Shown here: positions 9,633 to 21,587 of the stretch, in pieces
Position numbering within the stretch: the first letter of the stretch is position 1
Layout: each line of letters begins with the position of its first letter
Assembly: GCA_016874845.1 (NCBI GenBank)
Contig: VGSZ01000005.1
Span: 1 to 58,771 of the forward strand
DNA from: Deltaproteobacteria bacterium
GTDB taxonomy: Bacteria > Myxococcota > UBA727 > VGSZ01
DNA length: 58,771 bases
Direction: 5' to 3'
Position numbers and translations under genes: made by a program
The notes under the pieces: generated by a model
Databases searched by the model: none
Told to the model about the DNA's origin: nothing
Seen by the model: the letters and a program-made list of their open reading frames with translations, nothing else

Positions 9633-11207
9633 ATGAAGAACCCGCGTCCCTCCCTGCTCGTGCTCGCCGGTCTCTGCGCCGGCGTCGTCGTGTCTGCGCC
9701 GTCGGCGCGCGCCGACGAGCCCGCGGCGGCGACCCCGGCGGCGACCTCGGCGACGACCTCGGCGAAGACGGCTCCCGCGGCCGCGAAGGAGACCAACTGC
9801 ACCGATCACGAGGACAACGACGGCGACACCGTCTACGACTGCGGCGACACCGACTGCGACGCCGAGCCGCACTGCAAGCCTGACGGCAAGCCCGAGGGCA
9901 CCAACGAGCGGTGCAGCAACTGGATCGACGACGACGGCGACGGCCTGATCGACTGCGAGGATCAGGAGTGCAAGCTGTCGCAGATCACGGTGTGCAAGGG
10001 CAGCTGGCAGGGAGATCTCGACGGCAGCGGTGGCGACGGCGTGTCCGCCACCGTCGAGGGCCCCGACGGCGAGACCGGCGGCGGCGCGCGCCGGGTCTAC
10101 ACCGGCGACGTCGAGCAGCCCGACAGCGAGGGCGGCGTCGGCTTCGTCGGCATCCGCTTCGGCGTCGTGGCGGCGGTGCAGCAGCTGTTGACGACGACCA
10201 ACGCCGCCGACCCGTACGAGTACCAGGCGCGCATCGACACGCGCTTCGACACGCTGCAGCTGCGCGCGTTCGGTGCGCTGCCGCTGCTCGAGGACAGCTT
10301 CTTCCTGCTGTCGATGTCGGCGTCGCAGTCGCCGCGCATCACGTTCGCGATGTTTCAGTTCCCGCTCGGGCAGGGGCACTACGTGAACATCAACAGCGGC
10401 GGCAGCACGCTGTCGGCGCAGCCCCTCGTGTCGGCGGCCAAGCGCCCGCTGCTCGACACGCCGCGCTACCTGCTGGTCGGCTTCGACCAGTTCCTCGACG
10501 CCGGCGTCGAGGTGAACGGCCCCGTGATCCTGAACCTGATGCGCTACCGGGTGTTCGCCGGCGGCGGCAACGGCCTGTTCGGCGACTTCGGCGGCCGCAG
10601 CTTCGAGGACGCCAGCATCAACCCGACGTTCACGACGGGCGCGCAGCTGTGGTTCACGCCCATCGGCATCTACAACCGCTTCGACTCGCCGTTCCTGTTC
10701 CGCCCGGTGCCCACGGCGCTGGCCTTCGCGGTGGGCGGCAAGTACGAGCAGCGCGAGCAGGAGCGCTTCCCCGCCGCCCACGCCGTCGCGGTGTTCCGCA
10801 CCGGCCACTTCGCGGTCACCGGCGAGAGCTACAACAAGACCGAGATCAACTACGGTTCGGTGCAGTCGGCGAACTACCTGCAGCTCGGCTGGCTGGCGGT
10901 GCCCGAGACCATCTTCCTCGCCGCCGACGTCGGGCACTTCTGGACCAGCGGCTTCGGCGGGCTTACCGATCTCACCGGCCTCGAGACCGCCGGCGACCTC
11001 GGCGCCGTGCCCAATCGCCTGAAGCGCCAGCAGAACCAGGTCCAGGCGCGCGCCGCCGCCCACTGGTTCTTCTGGCGGCAGAACGGCGTGCTGACCGCGC
11101 GCTACGTCTTCGACAGCGCCGACCCGGTGCCGCTGGGCCCGCAGGCCGACCGCACGTTCCCGGTGATCACCCACGAGGCGCTCGTGCAGGCGCAGCTGCG
11201 CTTCTGA
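9633..11207 (+). CDS. Outer-membrane beta-barrel (porin-like) with two N-terminal Cys/Asp repeats
   Basis: GAGGAAG RBS before ATG 9633; Sec signal ending ARA; repeats CTDHEDNDGDTVYDCGDTDC and CSNWIDDDGDGLIDCEDQEC; amphipathic strands; terminal ..QAQLRF resembles a beta-signal. Confidence 0.75.
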   Translation: MKNPRPSLLVLAGLCAGVVVSAPSARADEPAAATPAATSATTSAKTAPAAAKETNCTDHEDNDGDTVYDCGDTDCDAEPHCKPDGKPEGTNERCSNWIDDDGDGLIDCEDQECKLSQITVCKGSWQGDLDGSGGDGVSATVEGPDGETGGGARRVYTGDVEQPDSEGGVGFVGIRFGVVAAVQQLLTTTNAADPYEYQARIDTRFDTLQLRAFGALPLLEDSFFLLSMSASQSPRITFAMFQFPLGQGHYVNINSGGSTLSAQPLVSAAKRPLLDTPRYLLVGFDQFLDAGVEVNGPVILNLMRYRVFAGGGNGLFGDFGGRSFEDASINPTFTTGAQLWFTPIGIYNRFDSPFLFRPVPTALAFAVGGKYEQREQERFPAAHAVAVFRTGHFAVTGESYNKTEINYGSVQSANYLQLGWLAVPETIFLAADVGHFWTSGFGGLTDLTGLETAGDLGAVPNRLKRQQNQVQARAAAHWFFWRQNGVLTARYVFDSADPVPLGPQADRTFPVITHEALVQAQLRF

Positions 11208-11217
11208 GCTCCCGCCG

Positions 11218-12066
11218 ATGACGACGCGGATGACGACCAGGATCGCCCCGGGCCGCGCGTCATCGTGGGCCGCGCTTGCGGTGGCGCTGTCGACCGCGGC
11301 GCCGGCGGCGCGGGCGCAGGGGGCGCGGGCGCCGGCGGCGACCGACGCGGCCACGAACGCGCCGGGCCCCCCCTGCGCCCGGCGTCCCCCTGTCGCGTCG
11401 TGGTGATGAACCTCGTCGCCCGCGACCTTGCAGCCGACCGACGGCGACGTCACCGTGCTGCTGACAAAGAGCCTGGCCGGCGAGGTCGCGGCGGTGTCAG
11501 GCTGTCAGGTCGTTAGTCAGCTCGACCTCACCCAGATGCTCGACTTCGAGGCCGAGCAGGCCGCCCGCGGTGACGTCCGCGAGTCCTGCCTGTCGGAGAT
11601 CGGGTCGGCGCTGGGCGCCGAGCGCATCGTCGGCGGCACCCTCGGGCGCCTCGGCGGCGACTTCGTGCTGAGCGCCAAGCTGATGAACGTCCGCGACGGC
11701 ACCGTGCAGGCCCGCGCCGAGCAGGTGGTGCACGGCGCCGTCGAGCACCTGCGCCCCGCGGCCAAGGACGCCGCGCGTCAGCGCTTCGGCCTCGCCGTCG
11801 AGCCGGCGGTGGCGCTCCCGGCCGCGCCGGCCGTGGCGTCGCCCTCGACGTCGCCCGCGACGTCTGTGCTGTGGTGGGCCGGCGTCGTCACCGCCGCGGC
11901 GGGCGGCCTCGTCGTCGTCGTCGGCGGCGCCACGGCCGGGCTCGCCGAGGCGCAGCTGGCCGTCGCCGCCGAAGGCCGGACCACCCTCGCCGTCGTCGCC
12001 GTCGGCCGCGGCCTCGTCGTCGTCGTCGGCGGCCTCGTCGTCGTCGTCGCCTTGCTGCCGGAGTGA
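11218..12066 (+). pseudogene. Frameshifted secreted/membrane protein of a myxobacterial family (..CLSEIGSALGAERIVGGTLGRLG..)
   Basis: Signal-peptide frame (11218), then RVVVMNLVARDL frame, then DVTVLLTKSLAGEVA..LAK frame; two frameshifts, the first at or near the C7 run at ~11367-11373. Confidence 0.65.
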
Positions 12067-12068
12067 CC

Positions 12069-13316
12069 ATGCCGCGCTCGCCCCGCCTTGTGCCGTCGTT
12101 GCCCGCTGCGCTCGTCGCCGCGCTCCCCCTGCTCGTCGTCGTCGTCGGCTGCCGGCTCCTGGGCCTCGAAGGCGCGGCCTGCGAGCCCGGCGATCCGGCC
12201 ACCTGTCCCGACGGCGACGTCTGCAACGCTCGTGGCGTCTGCGTCCCCGCCGGCGGCGAGGGCGAGGGCGAGGGCGAGGGCGAGGGCGAGGGCGAGGGCG
12301 AGGGCGAGACGGAGCCCGCGGTGGTCGTCGACGGGCAGCCTCTGGTGACGTTGCTGGCGCGCGCCGACGACGCGCTGGTGTGGGCGACGGGGACGACCGG
12401 CGGCTGCGTGCGTCGGCTCGACGACGGCGCGCGCGACCCGGTCACGATCCACTGCGTCGGCGGCAACGAGAGCATCGCCGGGCTCGCCGTCGCCGCCGAC
12501 CGCGTGTTCTAGGTCGTCGACGCTGCCGCCGACCGGCTCGAGGGGCTGCCGCTGTCGGCGTCGGCCACCGACCCGGCGCTGGACCTCTCGGCGGCGGGGG
12601 CGGCGGTGCGCACGGTGGCCGAGGCGGGGCCGAACCAGCTGGCCGCCCGCGTGATCGACGGCCAGACGGTGCTCGCGTGGATGCCGCACCCCGCGGACAC
12701 CCACCACGTCGAGCGCGTGATCCTCGACAGTGATCGCGCGGCGGGCCGGGCCGGCTACAGCGTGATCCGCGCCGGCGAAGGCGGCGGTCTGGTGCTGAAT
12801 GACGGCGACCTGTTCTGGGTCACCGAGGGGCCCTACGCGCGCATGACGGTGCGCGACAACACGCTCAACGACGGCGACGGAAACTACGGGCCCTACACCG
12901 ACGACGGCAACAACGCCGGCTTCTGCGCCGGCCGCGGCTGGGCGTCAGCGTCGTCGGGCGCCGACGTCGTCTTCGTAGCGACCCGCAACGGGCTCGACGG
13001 CGGCGTCATCCTGTCGTCCGACGGGCGCTTCGACCCGCCGTTCCTCGCCGTCATCGAGGTGCTGCACCAGGTCGACCCCGACGACCCGGCCAAGTACGCC
13101 CGCGGGCTCTTCGTCGAGGGAGCGGTGCTCGACTACACGACGGGCGGCGCGGGCTTCGCGACGTCGCCGGGGGTGTACCGCGTGTCGGCGGCGGGGGGCG
13201 CGCCGCAGCGGCTGGCCGACGCCCGGGGCGAGCCGGGGCAGATCGTGGTCGACGCGACGTCGGTGTGGTGGGCCGAGCCCGGCCGCGACCGCATCGTGCT
13301 CGTCCCCCACCCCTGA
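12069..13316 (+). pseudogene. (GE)9-linker lipoprotein with beta-propeller-like repeats, interrupted by an in-frame TAG
   Basis: Lipobox VVVG-C; TAG at 12510-12512 in DRVF*V where sister repeats have W (DALVW, GDLFW, TSVWW); the frame continues into ORF 12606..13316. Confidence 0.8.
12255..12308 (+). repeat. (GGCGAG)9 hexamer microsatellite
   Basis: Nine perfect copies encoding (GE)9. Confidence 0.95.
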
Positions 13317-13422
13317 CGAGCCCCGGATCGCGGCACCTTGCCGCGACGTCCGCGGGGCGAGGCGCCGCCGTCGGCGGCGGCGGCCGCAGAAACATCTTTG
13401 CCCGGCGACGTGGCTGCACTAA

Positions 13423-14940
<1,518 letters not shown>

Positions 14941-14945
14941 ACGCG

Positions 14946-15245
14946 GTGACCACCGTGCGCGCGATTGTCGGGCTGCTCGCCGTCGTCGGCCCCGCTCTCC
15001 TCGCGGGATGCGGCACGATCGGCGGCGGTTGCCTGCGTCGCCCGACGCCGGGGTGCCTGACGGGCTCGACCTGTCGGGGCCTCGCCGGCCATTGGCATGG
15101 ACGACGTGCGGGAACCGACGCCGGCCGCGTTGGTGGTCATGGTGGCGTCGCCGTCGACGTCTCGCGCGTCGTCGGCGGTGATGGCGCGCTGACGGCAGCG
15201 GACGCTCTCGCACCCGGTCCACGAGGAAGAGATCATGCAGCTTGA
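14946..15245 (+). CDS. Possible small lipoprotein (or remnant) between atpD and atpC
   Basis: GTG 5 nt after the atpD stop; hydrophobic stretch ending LLAG-C; the rest of the sequence is not recognisable. Confidence 0.35.
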   Translation: MTTVRAIVGLLAVVGPALLAGCGTIGGGCLRRPTPGCLTGSTCRGLAGHWHGRRAGTDAGRVGGHGGVAVDVSRVVGGDGALTAADALAPGPRGRDHAA

Positions 15246-15633
15246 GATCGTCACCCCGGATCGCCGCGTCGTCGTCGGCAAGGCCGACGACGTCGTCATC
15301 CCCGCCAGCCAGGGCGAGATCGACGTCCTGCCTGGCCACGCGCCCTACCTCGGCCAGCTCGGCACGGGGGTGTTGAGGTTCACCACGGAGGGCAAGGACG
15401 TCGAGCTGATGGTCTCGGGCGGCTTCGTCGAGGTCGACCACGATCGCATCGTGCTGATGTGCGAGAGCGCGGCGCTGAAGGGCGAGATCGTCGCCGAGAC
15501 CGAGCGCAAGAGCCTGCACGAACTCGAGCAGAAGCTGGCGGCGCTCGGCGCCGCCGGCGAGGGCGACGCCGACTACCAGGGCCTGCGCGTGGAGGTCGAT
15601 CGCGCGGCGGCGCGCCTGATGCTGGTCCGCTGA
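15235..15633 (+). CDS. atpC: F1 ATP synthase epsilon subunit
   Basis: MQLEIVTPDR, GEIDVLPGHAP, VSGGFVEV and C-terminal helical hairpin. Confidence 0.97.
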   Translation: MQLEIVTPDRRVVVGKADDVVIPASQGEIDVLPGHAPYLGQLGTGVLRFTTEGKDVELMVSGGFVEVDHDRIVLMCESAALKGEIVAETERKSLHELEQKLAALGAAGEGDADYQGLRVEVDRAAARLMLVR

Positions 15634-15645
15634 CGCTGCCGACGA

Positions 15646-15782
15646 CGTCGATGTCGACATCGACGCGACGACGTTTGGTCGGGGGCGCCTGCGGGCGCCC
15701 CTCGCCTTTGGGCCCGGTTGGCTCCGTCGTCGCGCGGCGCAAGGGCGCGGCGCGCGCGCCGGTGCCGTCGACGGCACCGGCG
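15646..15782. repeat. Two perfect palindromes (20 bp at 15646-15665, 26 bp at 15757-15782) centred on GTCGAC
   Basis: cgtcgatgtc|gacatcgacg and cgccggtgccgtc|gacggcaccggcg read directly. Confidence 0.85.
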
Positions 15783-16002
15783 ATCACGCGAGTGACCGGG
15801 CGGAGGGCGGGGCTGCGCTGCAGAGAGCACCCGTGACTCGGTCGGTCGACGGAGCCCGCGCCGGTCGCGCCTTTCCGCGGAGCGACGAGCGACCACGACG
15901 ACGACGATGATCGAGGGTGTGCAGCAGGAAACCCCTTGCGCACTCGTCACGGGTCGTGTCTAAAGGCGCCCGGACTCACAAGATCTTCACGAGGAGCACG
16001 CC

Positions 16003-17190
<1,188 letters not shown>

Positions 17191-17203
17191 TCTTGCCGTG
17201 ACG

Positions 17204-17255
17204 CAGGGCAGGGGCGGCCGCAAGGTCGCCCCTGCTCTGTCTCACTGGATTTCTT
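17204..17255 (+). terminator. Stem-loop after tuf (probable terminator/attenuator)
   Basis: cagggcaggggcggcc-gcaa-ggtcgcccctgctctg followed by a pyrimidine-rich tract. Confidence 0.7.
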
Positions 17256-17366
17256 TCGCTCACTTCCCCTTTCACCGTCTGGTTTCTGGCCCGGTTTCAC
17301 GATTCGGGAGAATCACCTCCCGGACCACCCGCCAACGGCCGCACTGCCCAGTAGCGTGAGGAACAC

Positions 17367-17678
<312 letters not shown>

Positions 17679-17766
17679 ACGGCCGCCCCGGGAAGCACAC
17701 CGGCAAGGTCCGTGCTGCGGGCGATCCTCTCTCCACTTTTGTTCTCTTCGACATCAGGAAACCTGT

Positions 17767-18390
17767 ATGGCCAACCATGACGTCATCGACCTCGCGAACA
17801 AGAAGGTCGGTACCATCGAGCTCCACGACGCCGTCTTCGCGGCGCCCATCCGTCGCCACCTGCTCACCGAGGTCGTGAACTGGCAGCGCGCCCGCGCCCG
17901 CGCCGGCACGCAGTCGGTCAAGACCCGCAGCGAGGTCAACGGCACGACCAAGAAGCCCTACGGCCAGAAGCACACCGGCAACGCCCGCCAAGGTGACATG
18001 AAGGCCCCGCACTTCCGCGGCGGCGGCGTCGCGTTCGCGCCCAAGCCGCGCGACTACGACTACGCGCTGCCGAAGGCCAAGCGCCGCGCGGCGCTGATGG
18101 TCGCGCTCAGCCTGAAGGTCCAGGAGGGCGGCCTGCGCGTCGTCAAGTCCTTCGACTTGCAGGAGGCGAAGACGAAGGCGGTGGCCGGCGCGCTCAAGTC
18201 GCTGAACACCGGTGACACGCTGATGGTCGACGGTGACAACGAGAGCCTGCAGCGCGCCAGCCGCAACCTGGCCGACTCGCGCTACCTCCATGTCGACGGT
18301 CTCAATGTCGTCGACCTGCTCAAGTACCCCTCGCTCGTGATGACCGAGGCGGCGGTGAAGGCCATCCAGGCCCGCCTGCTGGGCGAGTGA
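17767..18390 (+). CDS. rplD: 50S ribosomal protein L4
   Basis: [42 protein letters not shown]. Confidence 0.98.
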   Translation: MANHDVIDLANKKVGTIELHDAVFAAPIRRHLLTEVVNWQRARARAGTQSVKTRSEVNGTTKKPYGQKHTGNARQGDMKAPHFRGGGVAFAPKPRDYDYALPKAKRRAALMVALSLKVQEGGLRVVKSFDLQEAKTKAVAGALKSLNTGDTLMVDGDNESLQRASRNLADSRYLHVDGLNVVDLLKYPSLVMTEAAVKAIQARLLGE

Positions 18391-18442
18391 GCAAGCGCCC
18401 TTCCCACCCATTCGAGCCGCGAGGCTCTAAAGGAACCCAGCG

Positions 18443-18784
18443 ATGAACAAGCACACCTACGGCGTGATCGTGCGCCCCCTCGTCACCGAGAAGTCGTCGG
18501 CGCTCAAGGCCGAAGCCAACAAGGTCGCCTTCGAGGTCAAGAAGTCGGCGAACAAGATCGACGTCAAGAACGCCGTCGAGGGCCTGTTCGACGTCAAGGT
18601 CACCGATGTGACGACGATGGTCGTCCGCGGCAAGCACAAGCGCGTCGGCACCTCGTTCGGCCGCAAGAGCAACTGGAAGAAGGCCATCGTGACCCTGAAA
18701 GAGGGCACCGACCTCGACGTCTTCGGCGTGCAGGGAGCGCCCGGCGGCAACGAGGGCGGCGAGGCCCCGGCCGAGCAGGGCTGA
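18443..18784 (+). CDS. rplW: 50S ribosomal protein L23
   Basis: RPLVTEKS..FEVKKSANKIDVKNAVEGLFDVKV..WKKAIVTLKEG. Confidence 0.98.
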   Translation: MNKHTYGVIVRPLVTEKSSALKAEANKVAFEVKKSANKIDVKNAVEGLFDVKVTDVTTMVVRGKHKRVGTSFGRKSNWKKAIVTLKEGTDLDVFGVQGAPGGNEGGEAPAEQG

Positions 18785-18793
18785 GCGACCCCA

Positions 18794-18816
18794 CCACGCA
18801 GCCACGTGCTGCGTGG
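18794..18816 (+). terminator. Hairpin directly after rplW
   Basis: ccacgcagc-cacgt-gctgcgtgg, a 9-bp stem with no U-tract. Confidence 0.45.
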
Positions 18817-19067
18817 CGACGACGGGCGCGCCGTACGAGCTGTCCGGGGCGCCCGTCGCGCTTCGGAGGGGCTCCTGGGGCCTCTCGCGGGCTGTGGTGA
18901 AAACGCCGCCGGCGCTTCACCACAGCCTGCTCTCCGTCTGACCGGTCTGTTCCAGACCCGTCCCCCGTCGAGCGAAGCTCGACAGGGCCCCCACCCCAGA
19001 CGCAGCCCTCGGCGAAAACGGCCTTCGGCCATCTTCACGGCAGGCTGCTCGCGACGACGGGCGTGCC
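18816..19067. repeat. Structured intergenic element with several hairpins, bracketed by 17-bp direct repeats
   Basis: gcgacgacgggcgcgcc (18816-18832) and gcgacgacgggcgtgcc (19051-19067); inverted repeat gcgggctgtggtgaa/ttcaccacagcctgc (18887-18930); gtcgagc-gaa-gctcgac; ggccttcggcc. Confidence 0.6.
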
Positions 19068-19185
19068 ACCGCTGGCCGTCGACCTCGACCCGCCGACCGA
19101 CGCGCCAAAGCGGGACGCGTCGGGCTAGATCCCCGACACGTCGCGTGGCTCTGCGAGCCTCTTCGTCGACGCCGAAGGAGAGCCC

Positions 19186-20094
19186 ATGCCCCGCATCGAT
19201 GGTCGACCGGATGTCGCGCGCGCGCCGCGGTCGCCGCAGACCGACCTGCAGACCGCGCAGACGGTGGCGAAGGAGCTTTACGGGCCGACGACGAAGATCG
19301 TCGACGCTGGCGTGCCCGGTGTCCTCGACGCCGCGGACAAGCTCGTGCGGCAGAACGCGCGGGGCGAGACGGTGACCCGGGCGCTCGGCGTGCGCCGCAG
19401 CGAGAACATCGCGTTCCGCGCCCACGTCGTGCAGGCGGCGAAGGATCTGGCGGCGTCGGGGGCGTCGTTTTCGGGCAGCCACCAGACCGACAAGGTCAAC
19501 CAGACGCTGTGGACGATGGGCTACGGTGGCAAGATGCAGGTTCGCAAGTGGCTGGCCGACGGCGAGACCGGCAAGCCATCGGCGGCGCTGCGCGACATCT
19601 TCGACAACGGCCGCGCCTACGGCTTCGAGTGCGCCACCGCGATGATGGTCATCTACCACAAGGCCATCCTCGACCACGTCGGCGACGAGGCCTTCGACAA
19701 GCTGTTCAGCGAGCCAAAGAACCTCGCGTTCTTCCGCTGGGACATCGAGGACGCCGACTTTGTCGACGCCAAGAAGCTCGTGCACCGGCCGATGCCCCTG
19801 CAGCCCGGCACGCACTACTACTTCGAGAACCCCGACGCCGCGCCCGAGAACTCGGCGTTTCGCGGCGAGAACGTGCTGTACCTCGGCGACGGCCAGTTCT
19901 ACGCCCACGGCATCGTGGGCGACTCGGGCACCTACCTCGTCACCGAGAAGGACATCGTCGACACGCTGTCGGCGCTGCGCGCGCCCGGCGCCGACTCCGC
20001 GCCGCGCCGCGTGAACATGGCCATGTGGCTCGACGGCTATTCGCTGTCGAAGAAGGCCTTCCCCGACGGCATTCCGCAGGGGCTGCCGGCGTGA
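19186..20094 (+). CDS. tgl: Protein-glutamine gamma-glutamyltransferase (Bacillus Tgl-like transglutaminase)
   Basis: KPSAALRDIFDNG..YGFECATAMMVIYHKAILD..YFENPD..FRGENVLYLGDGQFYAHG matches the B. subtilis Tgl pattern (YAFECATA..YFKNP..WRGENVILLG..YFAHG); AAGGAG RBS. Confidence 0.88.
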   Translation: MPRIDGRPDVARAPRSPQTDLQTAQTVAKELYGPTTKIVDAGVPGVLDAADKLVRQNARGETVTRALGVRRSENIAFRAHVVQAAKDLAASGASFSGSHQTDKVNQTLWTMGYGGKMQVRKWLADGETGKPSAALRDIFDNGRAYGFECATAMMVIYHKAILDHVGDEAFDKLFSEPKNLAFFRWDIEDADFVDAKKLVHRPMPLQPGTHYYFENPDAAPENSAFRGENVLYLGDGQFYAHGIVGDSGTYLVTEKDIVDTLSALRAPGADSAPRRVNMAMWLDGYSLSKKAFPDGIPQGLPA

Positions 20095-20104
20095 GCCGTC
20101 ATCG

Positions 20105-20500
20105 ATGAGCTCGCCGTCGGCCGCCGTCGTCCCCGGGGTGCTGCGCTCGTCGAAGGGCGCGTGGCTGTTCCGCCCCGGCGCCCTCGACGTGCTGTGGCGC
20201 GTGACGCCGCTGCCGGTGCCTGCGCTCGATGCGCTGTCGACGACGGTCACTGCTCGCCTGGTCGTGAAGGCAGCGCGGGTGCGCTCGTCGTCGTCAGCGA
20301 CGAAGGCAGCCGTGCCCCGCACCGGCGTGCCCGAGCGCCTGACCGGCCCGGTGGTGGCGGGCGGCGGCGGCACCGTGGTGGTCGACGTCGGCGTGCCGCT
20401 GGTGGTCGACGCCGTGGCTGGCGCCTTCGTGGTCGGCGACGTCGTCGAGGTCGACGTCGACGTCGACGCTGGCTTGCGCTGCGTCGCCCTGTCCCCCTGA
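20105..20500 (+). CDS. Hypothetical beta-strand-rich protein
   Basis: 10 nt after tgl and 20 nt before the ATP-grasp gene; genome-typical codons; Val-rich strands. Confidence 0.65.
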   Translation: MSSPSAAVVPGVLRSSKGAWLFRPGALDVLWRVTPLPVPALDALSTTVTARLVVKAARVRSSSSATKAAVPRTGVPERLTGPVVAGGGGTVVVDVGVPLVVDAVAGAFVVGDVVEVDVDVDAGLRCVALSP

Positions 20501-20520
20501 GCCGCCGCGGAGCCCGCACG

Positions 20521-21483
20521 GTGAAGGTCGCGGTCTTCTCCCGCCGCAGCCCCGAGGTCGACGCGCAGTACGATCGCCTGAGCGCCGGCCTGCTCGCCGC
20601 CGGCCACGACGTCGTCCACATCGACATCGTCGCCTTCGGCCGGGGCACGGTGTCGTTCGATCCGGCCGGGGGGCTTGTGGTGGCCGACGAGGTCGCCCTC
20701 GATCCGTCGACGCTAGGCGCCGTGGTGCTCGGCCCGCTGCCGGCGGCGGTGGGGCGCACGGCGCTGACCGGCACGAACCTGTCCGCCGACGAGCACTACG
20801 CCCGGGCGCGCACCGCGGGCGAGCGGCACGCGCTGGCGTGGTCGATCGTGCTCGACTGGGAGCGCCGCGGCGTGCCGGTGCTGTCGTCGCCGTCTCTGGC
20901 GCGCCCGTTCGACCACAAGCCGCACCAGCTGGCGTCGCTGGCGCCGCGGGTGCCCGTGCCGCGCACGCTGATCACCGCCGACCCGGGCGCGCTGCGCGCG
21001 TTCGCCGAGAGCGTCGGCGACTGCGTCGTCAAGCCGGTGACCGGCGGCCCGGCCCGCGCCTTCGACCCCGAGCGACCGCTGGCGCTGCGCCCCGGCGAGC
21101 CGGTGCAGGTGCAAGAGCGGGTGCGCGGGCAGGACATCCGCGCCGTCGTCGTCGGCGACGACGTCGTGGCCGTCGCCGCCTTCGACCCCGCCGTGGGCGA
21201 CGACGTCGTCGACGTGCGGGCGCGCGCCGCGTGGCGCGACGGCACCGGGCGCTGGGCGCCGGTGGACGCACCCGCGCTGCGCGACGTCGCGCGGCGGGCG
21301 GCGCAGACGTGCCGCTTCGACCTCGCCGCCGTCGACCTGAAGCGGCGCGTCGACGGCAGCGTCGTCGTGCTCGAGGTCAACCGCACGCCGGTGGTGGTGG
21401 ACCTCGAGGACGACCTGGGCGCGCCCATCACCGAGCGTTTCGTCGCCCACGTCGAGCGACGCGCCGCCGAGCGTCCGACGTGA
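20521..21483 (+). CDS. RimK/graspetide-synthetase-like ATP-grasp ligase
   Basis: GTG 20521; DHKPHQL, VPVPRTLIT, VVKPVTGG, VQERVRGQDIRAVVVG, AVDLK, VLEVNRTP. Confidence 0.88.
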   Translation: MKVAVFSRRSPEVDAQYDRLSAGLLAAGHDVVHIDIVAFGRGTVSFDPAGGLVVADEVALDPSTLGAVVLGPLPAAVGRTALTGTNLSADEHYARARTAGERHALAWSIVLDWERRGVPVLSSPSLARPFDHKPHQLASLAPRVPVPRTLITADPGALRAFAESVGDCVVKPVTGGPARAFDPERPLALRPGEPVQVQERVRGQDIRAVVVGDDVVAVAAFDPAVGDDVVDVRARAAWRDGTGRWAPVDAPALRDVARRAAQTCRFDLAAVDLKRRVDGSVVVLEVNRTPVVVDLEDDLGAPITERFVAHVERRAAERPT

Positions 21484-21587
21484 CGCCCCACGCGGCTGCG
21501 GTTGACGCCCTACGCCCGGCTTGACGAGAGTAATCTCCAGCGTCGACGGGTTCGACGGTCGCGCCGGACTGGCACGGCGGGGAGCGT

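Noticed and set aside
12510-12512. In-frame TAG as amber recoding or pyrrolysine
   Set aside because: TAG is a real stop elsewhere in the window (e.g. the CHAP gene at 37165); the site matches a Trp in sister repeats, so a single TGG to TAG change is simpler; no pyl genes seen.
15634-16002. tRNA cluster upstream of tuf
   Set aside because: No cloverleaf with a GTTCGA T-loop and CCA end could be identified.
20105-20500. Middle ORF as a classical graspetide precursor
   Set aside because: It has no repeated TxKxPSD or TTxxxxEE cores and no PFFxxFL leader; it looks like a folded beta protein, so a classical graspetide assignment is unsupported.
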